Of a DNA stretch of 64,000 nt, positions 52,601 through 64,000 are shown in pieces. Under the pieces are notes generated by a model. That model was not told the DNA's origin. It did not search any database and was given only the letters and a program-made list of their open reading frames with translations. The stretch is from Callorhinchus milii. Lineage: Eukaryota. The DNA is taken from the NCBI RefSeq assembly GCF_018977255.1, contig NW_024704743.1:44580001-44644000 (forward strand), written 5' to 3'. The translations under genes were made by a program, and so were the position numbers. The stretch's first letter is position 1, and each line of letters starts with the position of its first letter.

Positions 52601-54307
52601 GCATAACTGCTGTTTGCACCTACAAAAAAATTCACCACATTGAACAGTAATTGGTGCAAAGTACTTTGATAAGTTTCCATATAAGATTTTATAAAATATT
52701 ACATTTTTCTTTCTTCATTAATTAATAATAATAAGACCTAATTCTTAATGTAGGATGAGATCAAAGGACCTTCCTCATTGTACCTCCCTTGCAATCTTAT
52801 GAATGTTGTGCAATGGAAATCTAATCTGATGTTTACAACTGACATAATCACACATGTCCACCAGAGGTCACGAGAGAATAATTTGCAAGTCTTAGTTATA
52901 ATAAGGAAAGGTTATGAGGCTGAAAAGACAGGTTTTATAAAGGTTCTTAGCTAGCAAGAGCCATTCTTCAAGCTCATTTTTAATCTAATTCAGCTGCAGT
53001 GAATGGGCAGCTGTGTTTATTTTTAAAGCCACAACAACTTTTTTTTTAGTATTCATTTTGTCAAAAAGTTACTAGGGTAGTTTGATAAAAAATCCTTAAT
53101 GCACACATACCTTCTCATTTATTTCTCAACTGGATGTCATGACAAATTAGCAACAAACTTGCTCGGCCAGTGGCTAACTGCACTGTGGCATGGAATTTAG
53201 GCTGCATCACTGAAATCTCTCATTTCTGGCAACATAACTTGGAACTTAGCCACACAAATCAGGAAATCCTTTACCAAATTTTAGTTGAGCTCAGATAGGG
53301 CAGCGGGGACAGCACAAATGGCAAGAATTTCACAGGCTAGGAGGAGGCATCACAATGCAGTTAAACTGAATTCCTGCTCCTGCCTGCCTGCCTACCCACT
53401 ACAGGAACTTGCTCAGCTGCTGTTGCCCTCCATTGAACATCCTGCGGTACAGTCATCATCCAGACTCACATGAAGATTCTTATTATGGCGAACTGCAGTT
53501 CTGGAGGAATGTTAGCATCTGTGAAGCAGAACCCTTGCACAGGCCTCTACCTTCAGGAGATGACGACAACGGGGGAAATATAGATCCAATGAATTTGGTG
53601 CCATAAATAGACCTTTTCAACTGACAATGGGGTTAGAGACTGGAATGGCGGAGCTATGAATAGAGGTGTTTGGATGATACTACAAATTTCTTTTCTGGCA
53701 TGGTTAGCAATTGGCTCTTTTTATTTGTTTTATTAGTGCTATGTTAACCACTGAGAATAATCACTCTGCAGTTATTAAAAAATACAATACAACAACAAAA
53801 TTACATTTGTATAGCGCCTTTCACGTTGGGTGGATGTCCCAACAATAAAGAGAAAAAGTAAAAAAAAGCTCAGCAATGCAGAAAGAACATGCTGCAGAAA
53901 TATAAGATTTCCAATGCACACAAAATATACGGTCAATTCACTTTACAGTATATTATGTGAAGCGTTTTGAGATGTCTCGAAGACGTGATAAGGGGTGATA
54001 TCAAATGCAAGAATTATTATATCAAATGCAAGGATTATTATATTAAATGCAAGGATTATTATTATTGTTAAATGTAGACCTAAAGCTTGAGAAACACATT
54101 GGTTGAATTTTCAACAACTTGCAGTTACATAGCAGCCTTCGGTTAGGAAAATGTCTTAAGAGCACTGTACAGTGTCAGGAATTGGACACTGAGCAAGAAG
54201 GGTGGGTGGGAGAGCAACCATAGGCATGGACAAATAAGTATGTTTTAAGGTGCAATGTAAAGATAAAAATGGAATGAAGCAGAAGGAGTGAGGCAGGGAC
54301 TTCTGGA

Positions 54308-54433
54308 GATTAGGGGGTAGTGTCTGAAGATTAGGGCGTAGTGGTTAAAGATTAGGGCGTAGTGGCTGAAGATTAGGGCATAGTGGCCGAAGATTAGGTC
54401 GTAGTGGCTGAAGATTAAGGCGTAGTGGCTCAG
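54308..54433. repeat. Minisatellite, 21-bp unit x6 (gattagggcgtagtggctgaa), inside a minus-strand L2 remnant
   Basis: Six adjacent imperfect units read directly from the sequence. Confidence 0.92.
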
Positions 54434-55119
54434 ACTCTGATGGTGGCACAGAGGGGTCAGGGAACTCAGGCCTGTATTAGTTGAGTGAAGGGGGAGGAGA
54501 GAGGAGTAAGGTGCAGGTCAAAGAAATAGGGAATGCTAGGGCAAGAAGATATTTGTGTATGTGAGTGAGATCCCTGAATTTGATCCATTTGGAGACTGCC
54601 AGTGAAGCCTGGCAAGTATTGGAGTGATGGGCTGTTATAATAGGTTTCACGATGTTATAAGCTTATAAAATGCTACAAGCTGTTTTAAGCTTAGAAGATC
54701 TTTCTGCCCATTCACACACACTCCTCTACAGTTGAAGAGTTTATTGATATACAGGGTCTTTAATCCAAAACAAACCTTTAATCCTAGGTTAGTTTAGCTT
54801 TGTTTCTGAAAACTTAAATGTCATTCAAAATATGCAAAAGAAACCTTACAAAGTCTAGATTTCAACATTGATATCAGTCACCTTGTAACCATAGATCAAA
54901 TACATATATTCTTCTCTCCTCTTGAACACCTCAATTCAGACTTTAACTTAAAGGTTTCTGTTACATCTGCAGTAACAAAGATCAGAGCAGAACAGCTTGA
55001 GCGTTTTTTATAGCTGCATTGGAGGTGTGGCTAACTGAGGATTAGAACATTCCAATCAGGATAAAACCGCACAAAATGCAAGTCCTTTAAAACTGGTGGG
55101 ATTTAAAATGATCCCATTA

Positions 55120-55260
55120 CACATGTGCACGTACACACATGCATGCATGCACACATGATACATACACATGCATAGAGGCATACACAGAAGCAGACAGGCC
55201 CAGACACACAGGCAGGCACACAGGCAAACACACACACACAGGCAGGCAGACACACACACA
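55120..55260. repeat. CA-rich low-complexity / microsatellite tract
   Basis: acacacatgcatgcatgcacac...cacacaggcaggca; produces the spurious Cys/Val ORFs. Confidence 0.9.
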
Positions 55261-55287
55261 TCTTTTGGACGGGCACCCTTTTGAATA

Positions 55288-55640
55288 GTAATAATCCTTG
55301 CATTCGATATAGCACCTTATCACGCCTTTGAGACGTCTCAAAGAGCTTCACAGAATATACACAGAATTAAAGTGAATTGACTGTATATCTTGTGGACGAA
55401 ACCTGGCAGTGAATTGCTCACAGCAGTGTCACATAAACAGTCGTGGATTGAGTGACCAAATTATTATTAATTTTATTATTTTTTTGAGGGATTATAACCC
55501 CCAGAAAACTGATCCACCAATTGACTAACAACCGAGATCCTACTTACTGCTTGGTGAACAGAGCCGTGAGGAGTAAGGAAACTTACTTAATGTTTCGTAC
55601 CACCTGGGAATCGAACTCAGGTCTTCTCGCTTATGAGGCG
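55288..55640 (-). mobile_element. Intermediate-age SINE
   Basis: taataatccttgcattcgatatagc...gggaatcgaactcaggtc. Confidence 0.82.
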
Positions 55641-55844
55641 ATTGATATCCCAGCGCTATACAAGTGTAATTTTATTGTCGCTGAGTGCTCTAACTTCAAA
55701 CCAATACCTTACAGTTTACAATTATGTTAATTTGGGGTATATTTGAGATTAAACACTAAGGAAATGCATTCAGAATAGTTAATCAATGTCTACTTAAGAA
55801 AACACACAGCAAGAAATTGGTTGCTTGCAATCAAGAACATAAAA

Positions 55845-56335
55845 TAACAACAAAAACTTGCATTTATATAGCACACTTCACACAGGTTAGCATCCCAGTG
55901 CGCTTGGTGGTGGTGGAGCATGATACCGAGTCAGGGAGGTGGAGGTGAGCGAAGACACGGTTGAAAAGGAAAATCTTCAGGTGCGATCTGAAGATGGGGA
56001 AGGAAGGGGGAAGGTAGAGGGATGGAGGAAGAGTGTTCCAGAGTTTGGCGGCATAGTGGCTGAAAGCACAGCCACCAATGGTGGAATGGAGGGGACAAGG
56101 GAGGAGGCTGGAGTCAGACGAGGCAGAGTAGTGGGTTGGAGAGAAAGCAGGTCAGAGAGGTAGGGGGCTGCCAGGCCATGAAGATGGGTATGAGGATCTT
56201 GAAATTGATAAGGGAGCCAGTGGAGCCTGGTTAGAACTGGTGTGATGGGGATATGGAGTTTAGTACCGGTGAGTGTGTGGATGGCAGAGTTTTGGATCAA
56301 CAGAATTTTGTGGATGGTGGAGCTGGCGAGGAAAG
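55845..56335 (-). mobile_element. L2 LINE 3' fragment
   Basis: IQNSA..LTGT...ITPVLTRLHWLP...LHGLAAPYLSDLL remnant. Confidence 0.85.
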
Positions 56336-56639
56336 ATCCATCAGAGCTGGTCCTTCCACAGAGCAGCCAATATCTGTCCTATCATCCACCATCTCTTATC
56401 TGCTGCATTCACACTCTGATCTGAAAGGGTTATCAAGTAAGAAGACTCCAAACATGAAGGGGGTAAGAACCACAGAGAATATTAATCTATGCTGACTTGT
56501 TCCTTTATTCAAGTCTAGCTCCCTCACTCCCCTCATTCAATGGCACATCCCAAAAAGTACCTCTTTGACCATGCTATCAGTCATCTTTCCCCTTCCCACC
56601 CCCTCGGCTCCAATATATATATATTTACGAATTCTGTAG

Positions 56640-56800
56640 AGATCTGGAGATTCAGATCCACAAATCTCTAAAAGTAGCTGCACAGGTAGATAAGGCTAGA
56701 AAAAAAAGGCCAATGGGGTCTTGGGCTTTATATCCAGATGGATAGAATATAAAAGTGAGGAGGTGATGTTTAAACTGTACAAAACCTTGGTTAGACCACA
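56640..56800 (+). mobile_element. CR1 fragment
   Basis: aaggccaatggggtcttgggctttata...aaactgtacaaaaccttggttagaccacagct resembles KANGxLGFI...LYKTLVRPQL. Confidence 0.75.
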
Positions 56801-58659
56801 GCTTTTTGCTTATAGTAATCTCCTGTAAAACAAAGAGACATCAGAGCGATCTGAAGATGTGTTCAGTGTTTGTACTAGAGTCCCAAAAGTGTTGTTCGAT
56901 GTGTACACATTATACATTGGTAATGTGATAGCTGAATATTTACAAAGATTACAAACAATGTACAGCACAGAAACAGGAACTCGGCCCTCACCAGTGTGTT
57001 CCAGTGTTTATAATCCATAATATTGATATTATAGGCACTGGATCAAAAGCAAGAATTAATATTATTACAGCAAAATCTGGACATACACACAGCCTGAGAA
57101 CAGGGTGATTAACTCGAGGATTGTCAGCCAGATCACTGAGAGGAATTCCCTTCTCTTGAACCACCACACCCCCAACAGTGACATTTGATCTTTAACTTCC
57201 CTCAACGGGAGAGCAGGCACAGACCAGAGCTGGGTTCAATATCTCATAAAAATTTATATGAAGTGATTATTGAGAAGTTTGAAAATGATTAAGTTTTACT
57301 AAAAAATATAGAAAGCACCCACCTAGTACATAATAACACCTTGTTTCTTACTTCTTAAAAAAATGATATTGTTGGCGTTCATTCCTACCTGTTCATGGAT
57401 TCCTGTGGTTGCAGTGCTTGAGTGGACCTTAATTCTACCATGTGTGGAAAATGTCAAGAATGTGAAGGAGGGATTTATAACTAAAACATAGAAGTAACTG
57501 GAAAGATTTGCAGGTTTTGGTGACATTTTGGGAATTAAGAAGTAAGTAGTATAGCTTGTGCAGCTTTAGAAATAGTCTAAATAAAACAAGCAGAAAAGGT
57601 TGGAACAAAGTCATAAGGCTGTCCTCATCACAAGCCGAATTCTCACATCCACCTGAAGAGCTCACGGCTCAGGGTCATTTAATCAAGTTACATTTTTCGT
57701 GAAAACTGTGATTTCTCTGTTCACAATATCTGGATATGAAGTTCCTTCTCATACGATTGAAAAATGCTCCACTAAATGTAGGTCAATATTTAAGAGCTGG
57801 CTTCAGGTTTCATAAGGATAAAAGCCAACTTGTGCTGTAGTTGCAGACGCTCTGGTTTCATTTAACATTTCTGAGAATTATGTGTTTTTTTCTACTTTCT
57901 CCACCTTATAATGCCAGGGGTCCTTATAATCAACTGCTTCATATTTACATTCCAATATTTTCTTGCTTGCTCTTTTCTGACATGCCATCTGATCAATTCG
58001 AAGAAATTTCACTCAAACTCTCTAGTGCGGCTTTAATGGAAAATAGTTAAGCTACTTGCCAATGTTGTAATGATAGAGAGCTGGAAAAATCCAGTGTCGG
58101 TTACAGAATGACAATCTCTGCTCTGGTTCTATTCAGTACAAACTCAGAGGTTCTCTCCTAGCAATGTAAACATTGTTATTGTGCTTGCTCAGCAGTCCAG
58201 CAGCACTGGGATGGAATCAAAACAGAATGGTTTTACAAAAGCAAAGAACCAAGCCAACAAAGGAGAGAGAGTCCAACAATTCAGATCGTGATCTGCAGTT
58301 GGCAAAGAGCTAGAATATAAGGCTATCGAGCAAGGCTTTTTGGTCAAACAATGTGGGGGGGGCCATTAAAACAATTAGAAAAACAAGAGTGAATGACAAA
58401 AGAAAATAATTTTACAATTCAGTTCAAAGAATACAGAAGAAAAGAAAACAAAATTCTCCCAAATTTTGGTTGGAATTCTATGTATGAACTTATTCCAAAC
58501 AGCTATTAATGTAGTACAACTGAAAATCACTAATTATTTTTGACTTTCAGGCAAGTTTTGACTTTGACTACAAATCTTGACCTTGAAGTTTTTTTTGGCT
58601 CTCACAAACCTTTATTTTTTTTGTTTCAAGTCAGAAGAGCACACACTCGTGCATCTGCT

Positions 58660-58876
58660 CATCCCCCAGTCACTCTGCCTCGCCCCCTCATTAGCCTCCT
58701 TCAAGTCCCGCTTCAAGACCCTCCTCTTTGACCATGCCATCGGCCACCCCCCTTCCCCTCCCTTCCCTTTTCCTCTCCTCCCAACCCCAACTCGGGTCTG
58801 AAATGCTGTACTCTGTCCAGCGCCTTTGGACGTCCTCCCGACGTGAAAGGCGCTATACAAATGTAATCTTGTTGTT
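58660..58876 (+). mobile_element. L2 LINE 3' end
   Basis: SFKSRFKTLLFDHA remnant; tail agcgcctttggacgtcctcccgacgtgaaaggcgctatacaaatgtaatcttgttgtt. Confidence 0.87.
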
Positions 58877-59341
58877 TCTCGCGCAAACACACACTGGCTC
58901 CTATGGGCCTCACAATTCACTTCTCTCGCCACAAGTTGTCTTGGTGGTTCATTTCTAATTACAGATGATACTGGACAGGGTAGAAGTTTCAATTTTGTGT
59001 ACAATCTAGATGACCAGTTTGCAAAACTTAAGCTGTTTAATTCACAATAGTTTTTCAGCAGTAAAAAGCACTGGTGGGAGAGAATCCAATTAATTCGGGG
59101 TGAAACCTTTCCTTACTTCACACGCATGCCCTGTTTATCTAGTAGTAAAAACCCGCTTGTTAGTCGATTGGTGGATCGCTTTTCCAGGGGTAATAATCCT
59201 TTTTAAAAAAATAATTTGGTTACTCAATCCATGACTGTTTGTGGGACATTGCTGTGTGTAATTGGCTGCCGCGTTTTGCCCACAAAATATACAGTCACTG
59301 CATTTTACAGTATATTCTGTAAAGCACTTTGAGATGTCTCG

Positions 59342-59660
59342 TAATAATAATAATAATCCTTGCATTTGATATAGCGCTTTTCACGTCGGGAGGACGTCCC
59401 AAAGCGCTTCACAGAACACACTGTAAAGTGAATTGACTGTATATTTGTGGGCGAACGCGGCAGCCAATTGCGCACAGCAATGTCCCACAAACAGTCGTAG
59501 ATTGAAAATGACCAATTTATTATTGTTTGGGGTTTTGGAGGGATTATTATTAGGCGTGTGGAGTAAGGAAACTTGCCCAAGGTTTCGCCCTGCCTGGAAT
59601 TGAACTCAGGTCTCTCACTTGCAAAGCGAGTGCTCTAACCACTGAGCTACAGGACTCCAC
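59342..59660 (-). mobile_element. Young SINE nested in an older + strand SINE (about 59130-59710)
   Basis: The host reads ...gagatgtctcg [insert] ...agacgtgataaggcgctttatcaaatgcaagg. Confidence 0.92.
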
Positions 59661-59937
59661 GTCCACGTAGACGTGATAAGGCGCTTTATCAAATGCAAGG
59701 ATTATTATTACATTATGGAAATTCTTTCATACATAAACTAATTGGCAGGCTTTTGAAGGACTGCCAGAATCTATTTAAATATTTCATTGGAAATTACATT
59801 TTAGGTTTAGTGATAACCCAATTATGTATTATGTATTGAGGTACAGACCAGCCATGCTCTTATAGAATGGCGGAAGTGGCTTGAGGGGCTGAATGGCCCA
59901 TTCCTGTTTTTATGTTTCTGTGAATTAAAGAAGCAAT

Positions 59938-60128
59938 AGGCCCAAAATTCCACCTAAAATTTAAAGATTCTCTAGATTTGTGAAAAATTCTTAAATTCAG
60001 ACTTAATTTGGAAACCAGTACTTTTAAGATCTGTGAAAAACAGGTTCCAAAGACCGAATTTGAGAATTTTCCACAATTGTGTGTCATCTTAAAAGACTAA
60101 GATTAAAACTAAATGGAATTTCTAGCCC
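59938..60128. mobile_element. MITE-like palindromic element
   Basis: Ends gggcccaaaattcca and tggaatttctagccc; inner arms ttgtgaaaaattcttaaattc / gaatttgagaattttccacaa. Related pieces at about 38030-38135 and 63948-63975. Confidence 0.7.
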
Positions 60129-61111
60129 CATAATGGTGTTTCACCAAATTTAAGTTGTTGGTTATCTAATCTTCTTTCAAATCATTCTATGTAGCAGTTT
60201 GATACAATACAATTGATATAACGCCTTTCATATCGAGAGGACACCCAAGGTGTTGGTTAATCCTCACTCTTTTTTCGTCAACACAGGCATTTACCATGGT
60301 CTCCCCAGTCACCCATGTTCTTAGTTGCTTCTCTACATTAATGGCTTCCTCCACTTACCATTCACCCCTATATATAGAGTATTTTGTTGTTGACGATTTT
60401 ACTTTAGCATACTTCACATTGCACACCATTACTACACATCCCCTTACCCCTCTCACACTGGCTAAACCACTAAATCTTTATCTACCCCATGTACTTTGAT
60501 AGGGCAATACTCATATTAGTCACATTTGTATGTCATATCTCTAACACAACTAATCAACTGTTAAAGCAACTTAATCATTATTCTTCTATCAACAGTCTGG
60601 GCCTCACCATTTATTCTTATCTCAAAAGGAATGCTCACATCTACAATATGTACAGGACCGGAAAAGATCATAATGCTATTGGCCCCAAAGTTTTGAAAGA
60701 AAGTAACTAAATAATATAATTCTATAATACTCCACTCACATATTCTTTAACTGAGTTATTTGCCAAACAAACTATTTTATTCCCTCTTGAACGTGTTGAC
60801 AAAAACCTGCCTCCTCCCACTCACTGAAATTTCTATTCGATACATTCATCCACTCTATGTAAAGTATGTAAATCTGATTTAAAGAAAGCTCTTTGGTCCG
60901 TTTGATTCCATGATTCGATAACACCCACTCTATTGTCTTCGCATCACAGCATCAAGCTGCTTTTTAAACAAGTCCAGCGTCAAGGCTTCAAACACCATTC
61001 CTGGTCATCTGTTCCAGTTGTTATTTATTTTCTGTGTAAAAGAAGTAATGTATTTCTGGGCCTGAATTTGTCCTTTGCCACTGTGAACCTGAATCCTCTT
61101 GTTCTACTGGC

Positions 61112-61445
61112 GTGGAGTCCTGTAGCTCAGTGGTTAGAGCACTCGCTTTGCAAGCGAGAGACCTGAGTTCAATTCCAGGCACAGGGCGAAACCTTGGGCA
61201 AGTTTCCTTACTCCACACAGAGCCTAATAATAATCCCTCCAAAACCCAAAACAATAATAAATTGGTTATTTTCAATCTACGACTGTTTGTGGGACATTGC
61301 TGTGCGCAATTGGCTGCCGCGTTCGCCCACAAATATACAGTCAATTCACTTTACATTGTGTTCTGTGAAGCGCTTTGGGACGTCCTCCCGACGTGAAAAG
61401 CGCTATATCAAATGCAAGGATTATTATTATTATTATTATTATTAT
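61112..61445 (+). mobile_element. Young SINE, full length
   Basis: Near-identical to 694-1030. Confidence 0.92.
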
Positions 61446-62190
61446 CTGAATGTAATGTTCTGGCTTTACTTTCTCAATCCCATTTAAAATCTTATATACC
61501 TCTCACATGTTTATTTAAAGGCTGAAGAGCCCCCATCGTATCTGATCATTGCTATAGGCTCATTCCTTTAACAATGGGAATCATTTACATTGCTCTCTGC
61601 TACACTGACTCTAGAGCCTGGGCAGTTCTATTATGTAACAGTGACCAGAACTGTTTGCAATATTCCAGGTACGTTCGGACCAGAGCATTGTATGTTTCAT
61701 TTGATTTGAATTCAGCTGATTTGGCAATATTGCCCAGCATCCTGTTTCACTGCTCTCTTCCGAGCTTAAGTCTGTATCCTTTTGTTCTAATTTATTTTTT
61801 TACCATATTAGACACATTATTGGATTCACTTAATCTAAGCTTTTTAGAATCTTGAATACTTCAATAAGATCACCCTGAAAGGATAGTTGAAGGTTGAACA
61901 AGACAACAAATAAATTACATTTGTAAAGCACCTTTCACGTCGGAAGGACTTCCCAAGACTCCAAGGCTCCACGTAAGGTTTCACGTAAGAACAAGTTCAG
62001 TATCACTTCCTGTGAATTATTCTTATTTCTTAAACTACACACCATTCTTCTCCATTACTAAAACATTCTCCAAGAAGCAAGCTGTTTCCTCTTTCATGCC
62101 AAACACTTATTTTCCCCTCAACAACATAACATAACATGTAGGAGCAGGAGTAGGCCATTCGGCCCTTCGAGTCTGCCCCACCATTCAATC

Positions 62191-62515
62191 ATAATAATAA
62201 TAATAATAATCCTTGCATTTGATATAGCGCTTTTCACGTCGGGAGGACGTCCCAAAGCGCTTCACAGAACACACTGTATGGTGACTTGACTGTATATTTG
62301 TGAGTGAACGTGGCAGCCAATTGCGCACAGCAATGTCCCACAAACAGTCGTAGATTGAAAATGACCAATTTATTATTGTTTTTGTTTTGGAGGGATTATT
62401 ATTAGGCTCTGTGTGGAGTAAGGAAACTTGCCCAAGGTTTCGTCCTGCCTGGAATTGAACTCAGGTCTCTCGCTTGCAAAGCGAGTGCTCTAACCACTGA
62501 GCTACAGGACTCCAC
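62191..62515 (-). mobile_element. Young SINE inserted in a CR1 3' end
   Basis: Interrupts ggagcaggagtaggccattcggccc...ccattcaatca|tggctgatc. Confidence 0.9.
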
Positions 62516-62829
62516 ATGGCTGATCTTCTAATCTAACTCCAGCTAATAACCTGACCCTGCCTTATCCCCATATTCCTTAAACCCTTTTGCAATAAGAAAT
62601 CTCTCTATCTCAGTCTTCCCCTCTATCTATAAAATATATACCACCCAAATCTTCAAAACTGCTCTTGTATTAAGGGTGGCTCTACTAGGATCTCCTCTTC
62701 TTTCTTGGATGGGAAAAAGTTCTGCACAAAAAAAGTTCTATCCATTCAGCCACAAGGGGCTCCTGGATGTAGATGGGAGGAGTCAACATGCGATCGACAG
62801 TGGACTCCTGCCATTCACAAGCGGCTGGA

Positions 62830-63015
62830 GTTGGGCTGTCAATCAGTGAGGGGGCGGAGAAATAGACAGAACGGGGGTCAACCAAGTGGCTGCAGGCTGT
62901 CAATCACATCTAATCCGCCGCTAATTGGTTCTCTTCCCGTCCAATGGGAACGGCAATAGGAGGGAGGCAGCACTGCTGCTCCTCTGCTGGGGCGGGAAGG
63001 TACACATTGGCTGTC
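62830..63015. promoter_or_regulatory. Promoter-like motif cluster (PBX/PREP x2, CCAAT x3, GC box x2)
   Basis: CTGTCAATCA at 62836 and 62897; ATTGG/CCAAT at 62924, 62941 and 63006; GGGGCGG at 62851 and 62989. Locally GC/CpG-richer than flanks. Confidence 0.45.
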
Positions 63016-64000
63016 CCTGATGTGTCCGGTTTAACCACTTCCACTGTATAGTCCTCATTTCACCGCACACCTGCCTTCTGCTATTTAACTATATCTTACA
63101 CTGAGCTCGAGATTTTACATTGTGTAGAAAGAAAAAATATGTGAAATGAAAAGCATAAAAAATCCAAAGTAACATTTAAGAACCAGGCCTCATGTTAGGA
63201 ATTAAATATCCAATTTAGATTAGCTGTAAATTTCTGTTCATTACAATTCTGAAAGCTGAATTACAGGAAGGATTAAGAAAGAAAATTGTTCAAAGTACAA
63301 TTCTTAGCTATTTTAAAACAAACGTGGTTACATCTATGAGACAGGCTTAAGCTAAATGCAAATTATATTTTCTACAAAGAAAAACAGTGCAACAGATGCA
63401 GCAGGCAGATAATTGAAATGAATTGAATACCCCTCACTAAAACTGATCTGGGAGCCCAGCTCCAATGACTGGTGAATCCTGTGCAATCATTATGATCTAA
63501 ATTAAATGCAGTGATTAAGAGTTGGATTTATTAAACTGGATGATTCAAGGGAATAGAAAAAAATGGAATTGGTGACTGGGAAAAATGAGCTCCCGGAGTT
63601 ATTTTAACCTTCTCAGTTTTAAAAAAAATCCTTCAGAATTTGAGTGGAGAAAAACAGTTTCTATAGATCAAGGTCAATCTTCTATACAAGCACAATGAAT
63701 GTATATCACTTTTGCCTCACATCGTAAAATGTTTTTGCAGACAAACACTTAGCTTTCAGGTCTGTTTTCCAATGTTAAAATAGTTCGAACTACAGGCACA
63801 AAATGTCATCTTGCCTTTATAGCTTGTGAGACTATTTTGACTAAGAAAATAATAATCCTTGGATTTGTCTTTCACTTTAGCAGCATGTCTCAAAGGTTTT
63901 ACAGATTATTACTGCAAACACTAGTGACTGTAATTTGTAGCTGGAGCAGATTTGTGAAAAATTCTTAAATTCAATCTCCTTTTGGAAGACAGTTTCTTTA

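Noticed and set aside
55056..55351. Cys-rich metallothionein/keratin-associated-like ORFs
   Set aside because: Translation of a TG/CA microsatellite.

Overview
Eukaryotic (vertebrate) genomic DNA. The SINE/LINE landscape (tRNA-headed Deu-domain SINEs, L2 and CR1 LINE remnants) suggests a cartilaginous fish, probably a chimaera such as Callorhinchus; the species is an inference. The only gene I can support is thyroid hormone receptor beta (THRB/NR1A2) on the minus strand. Five common exons (6815-6915, 5505-5652, 3853-4058, 2990-3136, 1051-1309) have GT-AG boundaries and splice in frame into the DBD, hinge and most of the LBD; the last coding exon lies left of position 1. Upstream are three alternative N-terminal exons, all ending in a phase-1 donor compatible with the GYIPSY exon: a TRbeta2-specific exon (11848-12163), a long exon resembling the mammalian TRbeta1 A/B exon (14146-14614), and a 62-bp exon encoding MSSSMS (26242-26303) with an overlapping uORF. 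Best leads: an OTX2+ONECUT composite site about 550 bp upstream of the beta2 ATG (candidate ThrbCRM1 cone enhancer homologue), the beta1-like exon, an antisense solo LTR with promoter motifs, a promoter-like PBX/PREP-NF-Y-Sp1 cluster near 62.9 kb, and a roughly 620-bp inverted duplication. Almost all other listed ORFs are spurious or repeat-derived. I see no evidence of a wholly new gene system. Comparisons with human, frog and chicken proteins are from memory and need alignment. Repeat boundaries are approximate.
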